A DNA stretch of 61,264 nucleotides, the filler included, from Circinaria calcarea (lineage: Eukaryota): NCBI GenBank assembly GCA_051942165.1. It is 8 parts of 8 records of this genome, joined end to end, with 100 filler letters (N's around TTAATTAATTAA, not from the genome) between each part and the next. Parts side by side here need not be neighbours in the genome. Positions count along the whole stretch, not along the records: positions 46,037 to 53,601 come from JAVECS010001296.1; positions 53,702 to 61,264 come from JAVECS010001297.1; 6 more parts are not named here. The stretch is one strand, 5' to 3'. This document shows, piece after piece, positions 49,473 to 61,264 of the stretch. A program made the translations under genes and the position numbers. Each line of letters opens with the position of its first letter. The first letter of the stretch is position 1. The notes below the pieces were generated by a model, which worked only from the letters and a program-made list of their open reading frames with translations, was not told the origin of the DNA and ran no database searches.

Positions 49473-50307
49473 TTTGAATATATGAGGATGCCAACCAGTA
49501 TAATGGCCTATATGCAATCAAGCAGACAACGACGCCCTTTTTTCCAGGATGATGGAGCAAGTAGGGTAATCAAGAAATCGTATATAGGAACCTCCGAACC
49601 CGACACACGGCTGGTCTTGCTCGGGATCGTTCGAAGGGCTTTACTCCAAACTTCAGCAGTTACGAAGAATCACAGCTATATGCACTGCACGTTGGACATG
49701 CAATGGCTTAAGAACAGAGAAAGGATTCGGTACGGCTCTTATGCGTTGATCATATATCTCACCACGTGCATTGATGGAAACCAGAGACAAGAGAAAGGCT
49801 ATCAGAGAATTAGAGGGAGCGGCGATGATGTACACAGTCATATAGATACTGCGAGATACGATACGATTCTATTATGCAGAAAACCAGATAGTCGGTGTGG
49901 AAATGGAGATTGCCTAACTACTTCAAGCTGCTACTCCGAAAATCACCCCCGGTTGTTGGGGTTTTATTGGTGCCTCTCCACAGACCTCTGCGGGGAATGG
50001 CTCCATTAGTGCAAGTACAGTTTTCGAGTTTTTCCGCTCCGAGCCCTAACCTAACACGCGGGCGACCAAAACCCGCGACACATAAACTCGATGGCCATAG
50101 TAACTCGCTTAAGATCGGCCCTAGTATATAGTAAAGTTTATGGTGACCCTTCAGATACAGGGACGCAGTAGCCTGACGATTACGCGATTAGTTAAGAAGC
50201 CACCGAGCTTGTGTGTCGCGGTTTCTTTGTCACACGCGCGCCTAACTGCTTACAACTCATCAATGCATAAGGGCTTAGATATGCGGCTCTTCGTATCCCG
50301 GTGGGGC

Positions 50308-51841
50308 TTAATATACTATCCTAAGACGCAGTCCCGTCTTGAGAAGCCGTGCTATTCCAAAGCAAACGAGTCCAGCGGCAATGCAGACGCCGGTAAAGAT
50401 AATCAAACCCCAGTAGTCGCCCCCATCCACCGCCAGGATTTGACCGGCAATTGGTATACCCGTAAGGCATCCCAGAGACACCAAGGAATACGCCGTAGCA
50501 TAGTACCTGCCATAGTCTTCGGTCTTGCACAGTTGACCAACACATACGGGGGTGAGGCTGATGAAGCTTCCGCTCGAAAAGCCAAAGCCGACAGCAAAGA
50601 CACAGATAGCCGCAATGTTTCCTCTCGCTGGGAGCCACACTCCAAGGGTGACAAGAAGGCACAGGAATACTGTTATCATCATAAGGTTAAAGCGTCCCCA
50701 TAGATCAGAAACGTAACCCGGGAGCCAGCGTCCGAAGAACGAGCCGGCGTTGATTAGGGCAAGAAGCTGGTAGGAGAATGTCGAAGAGATCCCATACCGT
50801 AGAGCGTATGACGAGATATACGATATAGGAATAAAGAGACCCCACTCTATAAAGAAAACCCCAGCCGTCGTCCATGCAAAGGTTGCACCCCTGAAGATCC
50901 TAAAATCCGGCCAAACGCTTCCTCCAACTTTGGGCGGTAGACGCGATCTAATTAAGAGATTAGCGATAATGAGGAGAAAAAGCATGATGAATCCCATTAT
51001 CCGCATGGCCCATGCGTATCCGACAGTCATAAAAAGCTTAGGGAGAATTAGGGGAAACAGGATTCCGCCAATGGAACCGCCCGTAGTAGCTAGGCCGGTG
51101 GCAGAGCCCCGAGATTGTAAAAAGAAGTGCCCTATGGCGGAAACAGCAGGGGTGAAGATAAGTGACGTGCCGAGTCCACCGAGTAAAGAAAACGAGAGCA
51201 GGAAATGCCAGTATTCTGTATAGCATTTAGTGTCAAACTCTACGTAAGAGCCGGCATTACCTAGGCGCTCCTTGTGTAGACGTACTTGTAGACTCTGCCA
51301 TGCCCATGATAGCACCCACCAAACAGACACTACCGCTCAGTATTAACCACCTCGGGCCCTTGGTATCGAAGACGGGTCCTATTTGGATTCCGCAGAAAAA
51401 AGCGAGGAAAACATACAACCCAAAGATCCAGCCCACGGTACTGTCACTGTAGGAGGACAACTGGTGGGTACTAATATAAGTTTGGTATACCCCAATGGTG
51501 TTCATCAAACCAAAGGCAGCCAGCATACCACAGAAAGAGCCGAATACCACGGAATAAGCTCGGAGGCCACCTTCGGGATACGTAACCTCTCTGGGGTGAT
51601 TGATATTCTCGTCCAAGTCAGAGGAGTCCGTCAATGGAATGATAGTAGCATTCGCAACCGGCGCCGAGGGTGAGACACTGTTATGACAGGGTACCTCCTG
51701 CTGGGTGTATTCCAGCGAAGGAGCGTGCTTCTCCAAAAATTGGTCTTCGCCTTTGGCAACACTACCGCCACCTTGCCCCCATTGACGAGTTTGGCGCAAA
51801 GATGTATCGATTCCAAGTGATGGCTTTTCAGCATCGGTCAT
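50308..51841 (-). CDS. MFS monocarboxylate-porter family transporter (Mch-like), 2 exons
   Basis: [63 protein letters not shown] intron near 51218-51285. Confidence 0.9.
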
Positions 51842-52844
51842 GGTGTCCCCATGACTTTCACATACCCGCTCCTGAAATGGAGACCTCCCGTGTGGCAATC
51901 TGGCCACTGCGTCCTCGACGGACCTGAACTCCCACATCTTCTCGACTCATGGAGATTTGAAGCCCTTTGTGGGGTTCTTCGTTTGTGAGCCACGGATCAA
52001 AGCTCAGTCATTGACAGTCATTAGATTGTATAACGTTGAGTGCAGTATGCAAAAGGGACATGCGTAAGAAAAAGTTCTCGTGCCCTAACCCCCCATCGAA
52101 GCATCGTGAGGGCCAATTGCCGGGGTCATACTCCGGAGCAAATGTTAGCTCGTCGTCATAGTGAATTTGAAAGTTTTAGTAACCTTGGCAACCTTCGCGG
52201 ATCAAAGTATTATCAGTAGCGCAGCGCAACACCGTCATCCATGAGGGCTCATCTCAATAAGATTTGGTAGAATACCTGCCAGTGTGCTTGATTCGAGCCG
52301 ACCCGATCCAATCAAGCACTTGTGCATCTAAAGTATGATGATCAGGCTCCGTTAAGCGTCCACATCTTATCGCAATTCTGGGGTGATCGGCTGCACACGC
52401 AGGCTTCTGGCGTTTGATGGTGTGTAGTTAGCATTGCTCGGTTGCTGAGTGGAAAGATGGGGAAGTTGCAACCTTATCATCCCCAGTCACCCTAACCGCA
52501 CAGATTCAGGAGAAAGAAACAGCTTGTGTGCAAGGCTCACTACTTTAGCTACTTCAAGTGATTGAGGGAGACAACTGTTTCTATGTAACGTGATTGATTA
52601 ATCCTAGTTTCCAATATGCATTTTTAACCCTCGAATATTATTAGCGGATAATGCCATACAGCGTGTCCTTGAAGAAACTTGACAAGAACGCATCCACCAG
52701 CAGAAAGTAACAGGTATTAATCGATCGCTTTTTCCAATATGCTACATGAATGCCAAATGCGGCCATCGTCAACCATCCGTTCTCGTAACCCCATCCCTCC
52801 ATCGTACCATCATGAACGAAAAGATTCCCTTTAATGAAAGATGC

Positions 52845-53369
52845 TTAGAGCATGGCAACAGCAGCCAGTCCAATGGCAGCACCGACAATCTCCTTGTTCC
52901 AGCTGAGTAGGGTAGCAGCACCGGTGAATGTAGGCAGGGGTGGACTTGTGGTAAATGTACCGTTGCTAGGTGGGCTAGGTACGGCACTGACGCTGGAGAT
53001 GAAAGTGGGAACTTGAGGCTGACCGTCGGTGATCTGAGAGATGACAGGGACGGTGGTGGTAGGGACTTGAGGTTGACCGTCGGTAATCTGCGAGATCGCC
53101 GGAGCGGTTGTGGTAGGGACTTGAGGTTGACCGTCGGTGATCTGAGAAATGACAGGGACGGTGGTGGTAGGGACTTGAGGTTGACCGTCGGTAATCTGCG
53201 AGATAACAGGGACGGTGGTGGTGGGGACTTGAGGTTGACCGTCGGTAATCTGGGAGATGGCTGGAGCGGTGGTGGTGGTGGCAGCTTGGATTTGACCATC
53301 AGATATTTGACTCTGAGTAGCCGCAAGGGTGGCTAGAGCCAAGACGACGAGAGTCTTCATGGAAGGCAT
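52845..53369 (-). CDS. PIR-repeat cell-wall protein with signal peptide and GPI-like C-terminus
   Basis: SQISDGQIQA plus five ISQITDGQPQVP repeats; FTGAA omega-like region and hydrophobic tail. Confidence 0.9.
   Translation of the reverse strand: MPSMKTLVVLALATLAATQSQISDGQIQAATTTTAPAISQITDGQPQVPTTTVPVISQITDGQPQVPTTTVPVISQITDGQPQVPTTTAPAISQITDGQPQVPTTTVPVISQITDGQPQVPTFISSVSAVPSPPSNGTFTTSPPLPTFTGAATLLSWNKEIVGAAIGLAAVAML
53007..53280 (-). repeat. Five 54-bp coding tandem repeats (PIR units)
   Basis: GACCGTCGGT recurs every 54 bp; variants APA/VPV in order A-B-B-A-B. Confidence 0.9.
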
Positions 53370-53601
53370 CGTTCTGTTGTTAATGATTTGAGGGAAAAGT
53401 GAGTTTACTGGAATTCGAATTGGGTATACAGCTCAGTTGCGTGTAGCGAATGTGTCGATAAAAGCAAAGCGAATGTGATAGCGAAGGACTTAGGGAAGCG
53501 ACAGATGACGGGTGGAGAATGTGGTTGTGGTTTTGGGATTGTGTGATGGAAGGAGAGAAAGAGGAGAGAAGGGGGTGGGCGGAGGGTGTTTATGAATAAA
53601 C

Positions 53602-53701
53602 NNNNNNNNNNNNNNNNNNNNNNNNNNNNNNNNNNNNNNNNNNNNTTAATTAATTAANNNNNNNNNNNNNNNNNNNNNNNNNNNNNNNNNNNNNNNNNNN
53701 N
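53602..53701. other. Artificial contig linker
   Basis: N44-TTAATTAATTAA-N44. Confidence 0.98.
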
Positions 53702-54379
53702 CCCCTCCCCCGGGTGCCTGCCGCCCCCCTGCCGGTTCCGCCGCGTCCGTGTACTCCTTTGCGGTGGTCAATGGTCTGTCTGATATCTGTATCCTATCGT
53801 TGCCAATACCCATTATATGGAACCTGCAACTGCCGAGGAAGCAAAAGATAGCTACTTGCGGTATTTTCATGTTCGGCTTCATGTCCGTATTCAGTATTGC
53901 CTTTCCTTCACAGCTGCCTGGCTAACCGCCCATGTCTCAGAGCGGTCGTGATCAGTTTCGTTCGGATCTACAGTTTAAAACCTGTTAATGAAGCAACGGC
54001 CGATCCTACCTGTGAGTTTTATCCTCCAACCTCCCCAATTCTTCTCCTGCTAAACCATAACCCGGCAGATGACCAAGTGAATGGCGTCATCTGGACAGTT
54101 GCCGAACCCGCGGTCAGCCTGATTTGTGCATGCCTGCCCGTACTGCGTCCCCTCTTCACCAAGGCCGCGCGCAGCCAGCGCGGCAGCAAACCGATCCAGA
54201 AGCCCTGGCTCGAACGCAAGGAGTGGCAACAGATTCACAGAGACGACACGACTGCCGTCAATGACAGCCAGCAAGGGGGCGGAAGCACTTTCTTGCACAC
54301 AGCTTCATCGGGCAGTCAGGCAACCGAGGTGAGTTACACCGTGAGTGAGATTAGTGCAGTTAAAGAAGGCCAGAAATAA
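53702..54379 (+). CDS. Pth11-like (fungal rhodopsin-domain) membrane protein, 5'-truncated
   Basis: SDICILSLPIPIIWNLQLPRKQKIA..IF, ISFVRI, WTVAEPAVSLICACLPVLRPLF; two introns. Confidence 0.88.
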
Positions 54380-54487
54380 GGAGGGACGATATTAAAGGGC
54401 GGAAGGAAATACCTATGGAATAGTGGTTTAAATCCGGGCTGGAAATATTTTTGCAGTCTCCGCAAGGGTTAGGCGAAGCGCTACCAC

Positions 54488-54560
54488 GAGTAGCTGTGAA
54501 GGAGAGCTGTAAAGGGGTAGCTGTAAAGGGGTAGCTGTAAAGGAGTAGCTGTAAAAGGGT
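54488..54560. repeat. About five copies of a 14-bp minisatellite G(A/G)GTAGCTGTAAAG
   Basis: Read directly. Confidence 0.85.
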
Positions 54561-55563
54561 ACCTCATTAATACAGCCTGTTAATAATATACTCCCGAGAA
54601 CCCAATCGGATCCCCGCTCAAAAAAGTAAAATCTTTATCACTCAAGATAGCGTTTACTAGCAAACCACTATGGTACGACTATCCTAACTACCATAGCGCT
54701 TTCCCTTATGGTAACCTCTGCATATATAGCCCCCCCCCCCCAAAAAAAGGGATCCTCAAAACCAACATAGATTTCTTGACAGCAAATGGAATTCGCTTGT
54801 GTTTCTGGCTGGTTGGTTTCGAACAAACAAAGCCGGATTTTTTTTTTGGTTTCTTTTTTAATTAGGGCGGGAGGCAGAGGCAGAAGCAAAGGGGGCGTGA
54901 GAGTATGGTATTACGGAGTACCGGTATGACGGGAAGTAAAAGGGCCACGAAGGAACGCAGTTATTGAGTCAGAAAACAATAGGGCAAAAGACAGCCTGGC
55001 GAGTTATTAGGCAGGATATATAATATATATAGATAGGCTCCGTTAATAGAAGGGTATAGATAGAGTAATAGAGCTTTGAGTAGTCGAATACGCTTAATTT
55101 ATTTAAATTATGGGTTTCGGGTGATGCTTAGTTCACTATTTTGAACATATACCATAGCAGGGAGAGACTTAAGCAGTATATGAAGGCGGTATTCAATGTG
55201 TACGCAATAATCGATACATTGGGTACTTTGCGAAGATGCGCACTATATTTCATAAAGGGCGAAGCCAAGGGGAAAACTGTGCAACCCACGCTACTACTAA
55301 TATAGGGAGTTCAGAACTTCTGCGTATAGAAGTTCGGCATACGGTATACTTGGCTCTCCATTCAATACACTTGGTGTTTTACCCGGGCGGAACCTCCCCC
55401 CTCCCCTTCTTAGACACGGGGGGCCTTGGAGAACACAACGTGCTCATCAGATCGAGTCTGGGTATGACGGCGTATTCTCGATCCGATTCCCTCCAATGCA
55501 AAGCTACAAGCCCACCACGGGACAAGTTCCAGATACAGCGCGTTGTTGACGCTGTTTTTGGAT

Positions 55564-56990
55564 CTAAACGGAGTATTCGCTCCGCATATGAGTCTGGTGA
55601 GTCTCCAACAACGTCAAGTCATAAGTCGACCTTCTCGGCGAGAGTATATCCTCTTCTTCAGAACTCCCCCCGTCTCGCGGTGCTCGCGGCGACTTCCCGG
55701 TTTGTACGTAGACCAAGGCTTTTCCTGACGAGGGATCAAAAATAGGGGGGATCGCACGTAGGTGTTCTGCAACCGGTGTCTTAGCGAAGGAACGGCTTAG
55801 TTTATCAAAGTTAAGACGCCTAAGGGCATGTCGTTCTAGATCACCGCTATGGCCTTTCTGAGGTGATGGTGTGCGCTGTGAGCTGGTATTGGAGGTGAAG
55901 AGGGTACGGAAAGAGGCAAGACAGGCGACTATAACCGCTGTGATGGATCAGTCTCTAGAAGAATGGTACATTTTTTGCTTTTTTTAACAGCTGAGATTGT
56001 TGGATGCACGTACCAACTGCCATTTCGATTGCTGACCAGGAATAATACCAAGACTGGTCGATGAATTTGGCACTTGAAGTGGTAAAGACAATGCGAATAA
56101 AAGAGACGACCATGATGAAAACGGTCAACGAAAAGATGCCACCCAGAATGAGTTTCTTGCGGATATTGATTCGAACATTCCACAACAGGGTGATCGGCAG
56201 AATAAGGACTGAATAGTAGTAGGCTTAGCTGTGATATCATAAATGTAGAGAACGAGGTTGAGGAAACCCACTTGAGGCATCGGACGCGATATTTGTTGCG
56301 GTTTGCACTTTCAACCCCACTCTTACCTCTTGATTTGCTTTATCATTGTAGCAAGTGGCTGCGAGGTTAAAGTCAGTCAGTCTTGCGGTCCGGGAGAGAT
56401 GCATAATTACCGATTGTGCGCTCCGGGCTGGTGGCTATACATGACCATTTTACGATTCCCATCCAGACCACAAAAGTGATGATATTCCATATAAGAACAC
56501 TCCACCAAATGAACTTCTGATGTCTCACATTTTGGCCAAGTCTTCGAAAGAAGAGCAAGAACGCTAGCTTGATAGCCCACAAGCAGAAACCAGACAAGAC
56601 AATGTGAAATATCTGGACTAGCAACCACCTCTTGATACGGCTGAAAATGTCCACGGGAGGCGCTTCGACACCGGTACTCACACGTACAACAAGGTATAGA
56701 TCATCAGCATACTCTTGCCAGACAATGACATATGTCAAAAGAAGCGAGTAGGCGAACACGACCAAAGCATCGTCAACGAACAGCTTATGGAACAACTTCC
56801 ATCGCGCGAGTAGTCGAAAAGGAACAAAGGGGAGTGCGACGGCCGCCGATGACCAGATGATAGCCTTGAAAAATATAAGCAGATGATTATCACTTTCTAT
56901 CCAGAGAAGATACTCGCTTCTCCAACATACTTTAAAAGCCGACTCGTCAATCTTGTTTGGAGACCAAAAAATCCCCCGTCCTGTCGACAT
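55564..56990 (-). CDS. Pth11-like membrane protein, complete, multi-exon
   Basis: RLLAR..LFVDDALVVFA, LWAIKLAFLLFFRRLG, LILPITLLWNVRINIRKKLILGGIFSL, WSAIEMAV..VACLASFRTLF; TAG at 55564. Confidence 0.88.
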
Positions 56991-58262
56991 GTTTTTAGGA
57001 TAGCAAATGCTCAAATGCAACACTCAACAGCCAATTTAAAGCTCGAAAAGATAAGGGATGGTTGCATGGAATGATTAAATAGAAAACTCTGAACAGAAAA
57101 TCTTGAGCTGTTTATAGCATTTCTGCCCCACCACTCCTTCGGCACTGCAATACAACATAGTTTTCTTGTGCACAACAGCAGTTCTAGGACGAAATGCGCC
57201 GCCAACATACAGGCGATAGCGTAACCCCAATGCCAGCGTTTTGTCATAATATACACACATTGCTCCAATCGAGATGTGCAACCATAGAAAATCGAGAGCT
57301 TAGGAGTAAGCCTTGGAGAGTAGAACTCCTTGATCGTCCCGCGTCGTTGCCTGTTTGAGCGATGAAACATAGGAACCTACAAGCATCCTCTCGGCAGCGT
57401 TCCGGGATGCATATATGAGTCCGGGTAGTTGTAGTGGTGGGGCGGCTCATTTTAAATCCCTCAGCTTATGTCTTGCATCTGAGGAGCGGTACAGCGCGAC
57501 CTTTGAATCGGACGGCACGCCCACCAGTCTAGAACCAGCCGCCAGACCGAAGCATCGCAATTCAAGCCTTCTGTACAACTGACGTCAAGGATAAGGCAGA
57601 CTTTACCGACGGGATTTTGACTTAAAACTCAATCATACCCACACTGGTACGAAGCACTCGTCAATAGAAAACACGGCTCCTGCAACCCGTACCTTATCTC
57701 CACATTGCGAAGGGTATAGGCTGTCTGTCGTATTCTAGTAAGACGACTTGCTGTAGATCAGGTTCCGATTCCGTTGACACGTCATGTGTTACGCTTACAT
57801 CGGGATATAGATATATGGGCATGCCCACCTGTTGTCTGCCGTGTCTGTTCTGCATCTCTCCACTTTCTCGCAGCAGGCATTTTTGCGCCAAGACTGTGTA
57901 TTATTGGGCACCCACCCACATCGTACATAGCCTGTAGCTAGTAACTACTTCAGGTCACTGTCGCATAGACAGTGGGAGTTTCTCCGGCACCGCGGCGCAG
58001 CTGGCATGCAGCGCCACGCTGGTATGCCCCGACGCAGAAGTGGGTCGACAATCCTTCAGAATAATTCTTTTGGCACGTCACTCAGCCCGTTAGTTACGAC
58101 GACCTGTCTCCTCTATTTGGTAAAGCAATGTCCGGACTTATTGTTTCTGGTTCGTTGATAAGAATTGGCTTGGTACTGAAATACCCTCACATCCTCGTAT
58201 TGGTGTGAAGGCTCATGTCCCACATGCTTTGGATATCACCCGAACAATCTAAAATTCGCAAA

Positions 58263-59405
58263 ATGGGTAGACAGTTTCGAGCATATGTGGAGGTCAACGC
58301 GTAATATCTATACATCTGATATGAAGGGCTCTTACGAGCGAGGATGCCAAATATATTCACTTGTCTATCGAGGAATAACTGCAGCCAAACCTGACATGAT
58401 CGAGTATAACGACAAAATAAAGTGGGTGATTCAAAAAGACCATATTAAACTCATGTGAAATGAGTATTGGAGTGGTGATCCCCCTTTGATCTTATGTTTT
58501 TACGCAGTGACGGGGAAGCCAGCTCCGTGGGGCACTTTGAAGCCTAAGAGACCCTTCGAGACCAACTTCGCTTCACCCAGTTCTTTGGCTCTTGTCAAGC
58601 GCTGGATTACCAGCTGTACAAATGATCATAAGCACTCAAGTTGCCAAGATGACGAGGGAAAAAGCCTTCCACGTCGTGTGCTAGACATTGGTTTGGATAT
58701 ATAATCCCTGATGCCGTTTCTCTACGAAAGTCATGGTGAGCCGGCTCGGTATATTGCCCTGAGCCATTGTTGGGGCTTGCAGCACAACTTTGTGATCACC
58801 AAAGATAACATCGAAGACACAAAGCGGTGCTTCAGCTGCTTGGAGTTACCCAAGACCTTTCAAGATGTCGTTATCGTCGCAAGGAATTTTCACATTCAAT
58901 ATCTCTGGATTGACTCTTTGTGCATCATTCAAGATGACCATGAGAATTGGGAAAGAGGGTCTTCGAAGATGTGTGATGCAAATGCCTACATCACAGTGGC
59001 CGCTTTCACCAGCTATAAATGACGCACAGGGGTTTCTTGGCATGAGACCCAAACCCTATGCCGGAATGTTACTTGATTTTGTCGAACACTCTTCACAGAT
59101 GGATGTAATGGTTCATACAGTGATGAATCACGCGTGGTCGAGAATGGCAGGAGAGAAACCTAAAATGCGTGGTGGTCCCCTGGATTCTCGTGAGTGGGCT
59201 TTGCAAGAATGTATCCTTTTACAGCGCGCCGTATCCTACCATGTTAGTGAAATGGCATGGGAGTGTAGTTCTGGTACCGACTGTGAGTGTGGTGAAGCAA
59301 GATCGTTTTATTCCGCAGCAAAGAAAAGCACCACCTTTGCAGATATGTATAAAACCTGGGTTCCATAATCCCCTAGCACAGTGGCTAATGAACAGAAGCG
59401 CGTAA
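58263..59405 (+). pseudogene. HET-domain (TOL-like heterokaryon incompatibility) pseudogene
   Basis: WITSCTNDH..LPRRVLDI, YIALSHCWG, LPKTFQD, YLWIDSLCIIQDD, PLDSREWALQE; in-frame TAA at 58702-4, frameshift near 59020, upstream stops. Confidence 0.85.
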
Positions 59406-60346
59406 TCACTGCAGACCATGTAAACCGAGCTGACCCGAAAAGGGGGCCGTGGTAAATTAAAAACATCACAACCACCCAAGAAGGAACAAAGGGGCGCCGG
59501 AATATTAATCCAAAGGCGGGGGGCTAGAAATGTTCTTTAAACCAAGACACTCTTGTATATCCAGGAAACCGACGGCGGAAAAAAAGATGAGGGTTCGAGG
59601 GTTGGCGTTTTTCCAAGGAGTCCAACTAGGAGATTAAAACCCGTGCCCCCGCTTCTGCCCCACGTATACAGGTCTGGAGATAAGGGGCTCATCAAGTAGT
59701 TCGGGTGTGAGTTGAACCACCAGCGAATTTTGCTAGCTGGTCGTTCGTATTATTTTTTGCTCCCTTGCACCTTTTTGGGGCACTTTTCCATTTCCAATGC
59801 GCTCAAAGCACGCAGGGCACCTGGAAAGACCGAAAGGCTACGAGTTATGTTTATTGGTTTGATGGCGCCACTGGAGGCACTTGTAGTCCCAGATCAAGGG
59901 CGCCCCTGGACCCAAGAACTTTTGCTCAAAGACGTTTTTGTTGATTCAGATGGCATTCGCACTTGATGGATACGGGGAGGTTTTCAGTAGGTGGCGGAGG
60001 GTAAATGGGAGGGATAGAGGAGGAGCTTGGACTCCCCCCCCCCCCGAGAGGAAGAAGTACTAAGCAAGGTAAGGGAAGGGGTTCACACTAAAAAGAAACA
60101 TTGATTAATCTGATATAATACAACAGCTGCCATCCCACAGCCTATCAACAAGATTATACAGCGAAGTCATGTGTAAAATACCCAAATCTAAGGTAAAAGT
60201 ATACAATCTAACAGGCCAAGAGAAACTGAATCACGACTATCTCATTGTCATCCACAGAACACAGCTAAATGATCGTAAAGAGAAAACCTTCCTGACCAAT
60301 ATCCCATATTTTGAGTATCTAAGCCTGCTCATTCACTCAGTGGGAG

Positions 60347-61264
60347 TCAGTTATTATGCGGCAAGTAAACACTTTGCAAAGGGAAAAGCCCGATGTGCTC
60401 GTGGGATGGGATAGAGATGATTGTGTGTTGCCATGCGGTTTTGCGATCCTCGCTTCCATTGGGCACGACAGCTCTATCTCGCGTGTTTAGTCGCGGGAGA
60501 AGGCTATTATCTGATGGGTTGTTTCGGCCTCTGCCGGGAGCTATGTGCACGTATGCAGGGGTATGTTGCTTTGTAAAGAGCGGGCGGATAGAGGCGAGAC
60601 AGGCAACTATGATCGCTAAGAGGTGGGCAAGGAGTATCAGTAAGTTATCGTGGCGCGTAAACGGGCCCGGGGACTGTAAAAAGGGTTTCAGGGGAGCCTA
60701 CCCATCGACATCTCGGTATCACTCCAAAGCCACAACCAGGACAGATCAAACTGCACCCCATAGGAGCTCACGACGGCCACACGCACAACGGCGAAGGTCA
60801 TGGTGATTACAGTAAGGGAGAAGATTGCACCTAGGCCGAGCTTCTGTCGCCACTTGATTCGGGCCTTCCAGAACATGGAGATCGGGATCGTAATGACTAA
60901 CTTTGATAAGCAGGACCTCTTCCGATATGTTGGGTTATTGCATACTTAGAGCATCTGTCACAACATCTGTCGCACAGTTCACCTGCAAGGTTACTCGATT
61001 GAATTGGATTGAATCGGGTTTTAGGCAATTCGCTAGACAACGTTAGCTGGGGGTTACCCCTTAGGACAAGGCAACATACCCAGGATTACATCGATAGGAG
61101 GGGTAAGGCAACCATAAGGTATAATACCAATACAGACAAGCCAAGTCGCAATCGTGACTGCAGTAACACTCCACCACAAGACTTTTTGCCCCTGCACTTT
61201 TTGGCCGAGTCTGCGGAAGAAGAGAAGAAAAGAGATTTTAATCGTCCATAAGCAGGTGTAATAC
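60347..61264 (-). CDS. Pth11-like membrane protein, 5'-truncated by window end
   Basis: TDVVTDAL, ITIPISMFWKARIKWRQKLGLGAIFSL, WSDTEMSM, AIIVACLASIRPLF. Confidence 0.85.

Noticed and set aside
49161..50009. 282-aa plus-strand ORF
   Set aside because: Antisense to the MFS first exon and promoter; non-ATG start, no motifs
53007..53280. Regular repeats resembling a CRISPR array
   Set aside because: No unique spacers; in-frame coding PIR repeats in a eukaryotic gene
46037..53601. Possible metabolic gene cluster (oxidoreductase + two MFS transporters)
   Set aside because: No backbone enzyme or regulator; all belong to common dispersed families

Overview
Eukaryotic, filamentous-ascomycete (Pezizomycotina) DNA. 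Intron signals are GTAAGT/CTAAC/YAG and one transposon is RIP-mutated. The gene content suggests a lichen-forming fungus, but that is inference. The window is not one locus: it is eight contigs of about 7.56-7.58 kb, in descending size order, joined by artificial 100-bp linkers (N44-TTAATTAATTAA-N44), so adjacency across linkers means nothing. Recognisable genes are a triple-dsRBD protein, an alpha-arrestin, a TM9SF/nonaspanin, SSN3/CDK8, three MFS transporters, AEP2/ATP13, an AZUL-HECT E3 ligase, an M35-type secreted metalloprotease, a peroxisomal MDR oxidoreductase, a PIR-repeat cell-wall protein and three Pth11-like receptors, plus pseudogenes and a RIP-killed pogo element. The most notable signal is a ~1.5-kb non-coding, heavily base-paired region (16441-18017) just downstream of AEP2. 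Its layout resembles a fungal telomerase RNA with a non-canonical candidate template (ACCCUACC, predicting TAGGG repeats). Also notable are a nested fold-back element upstream of the dsRBD gene and two microproteins (41 and 49 aa) below the ORF-track cut-off. All helices and gene models were derived by eye; nothing was computed or searched.
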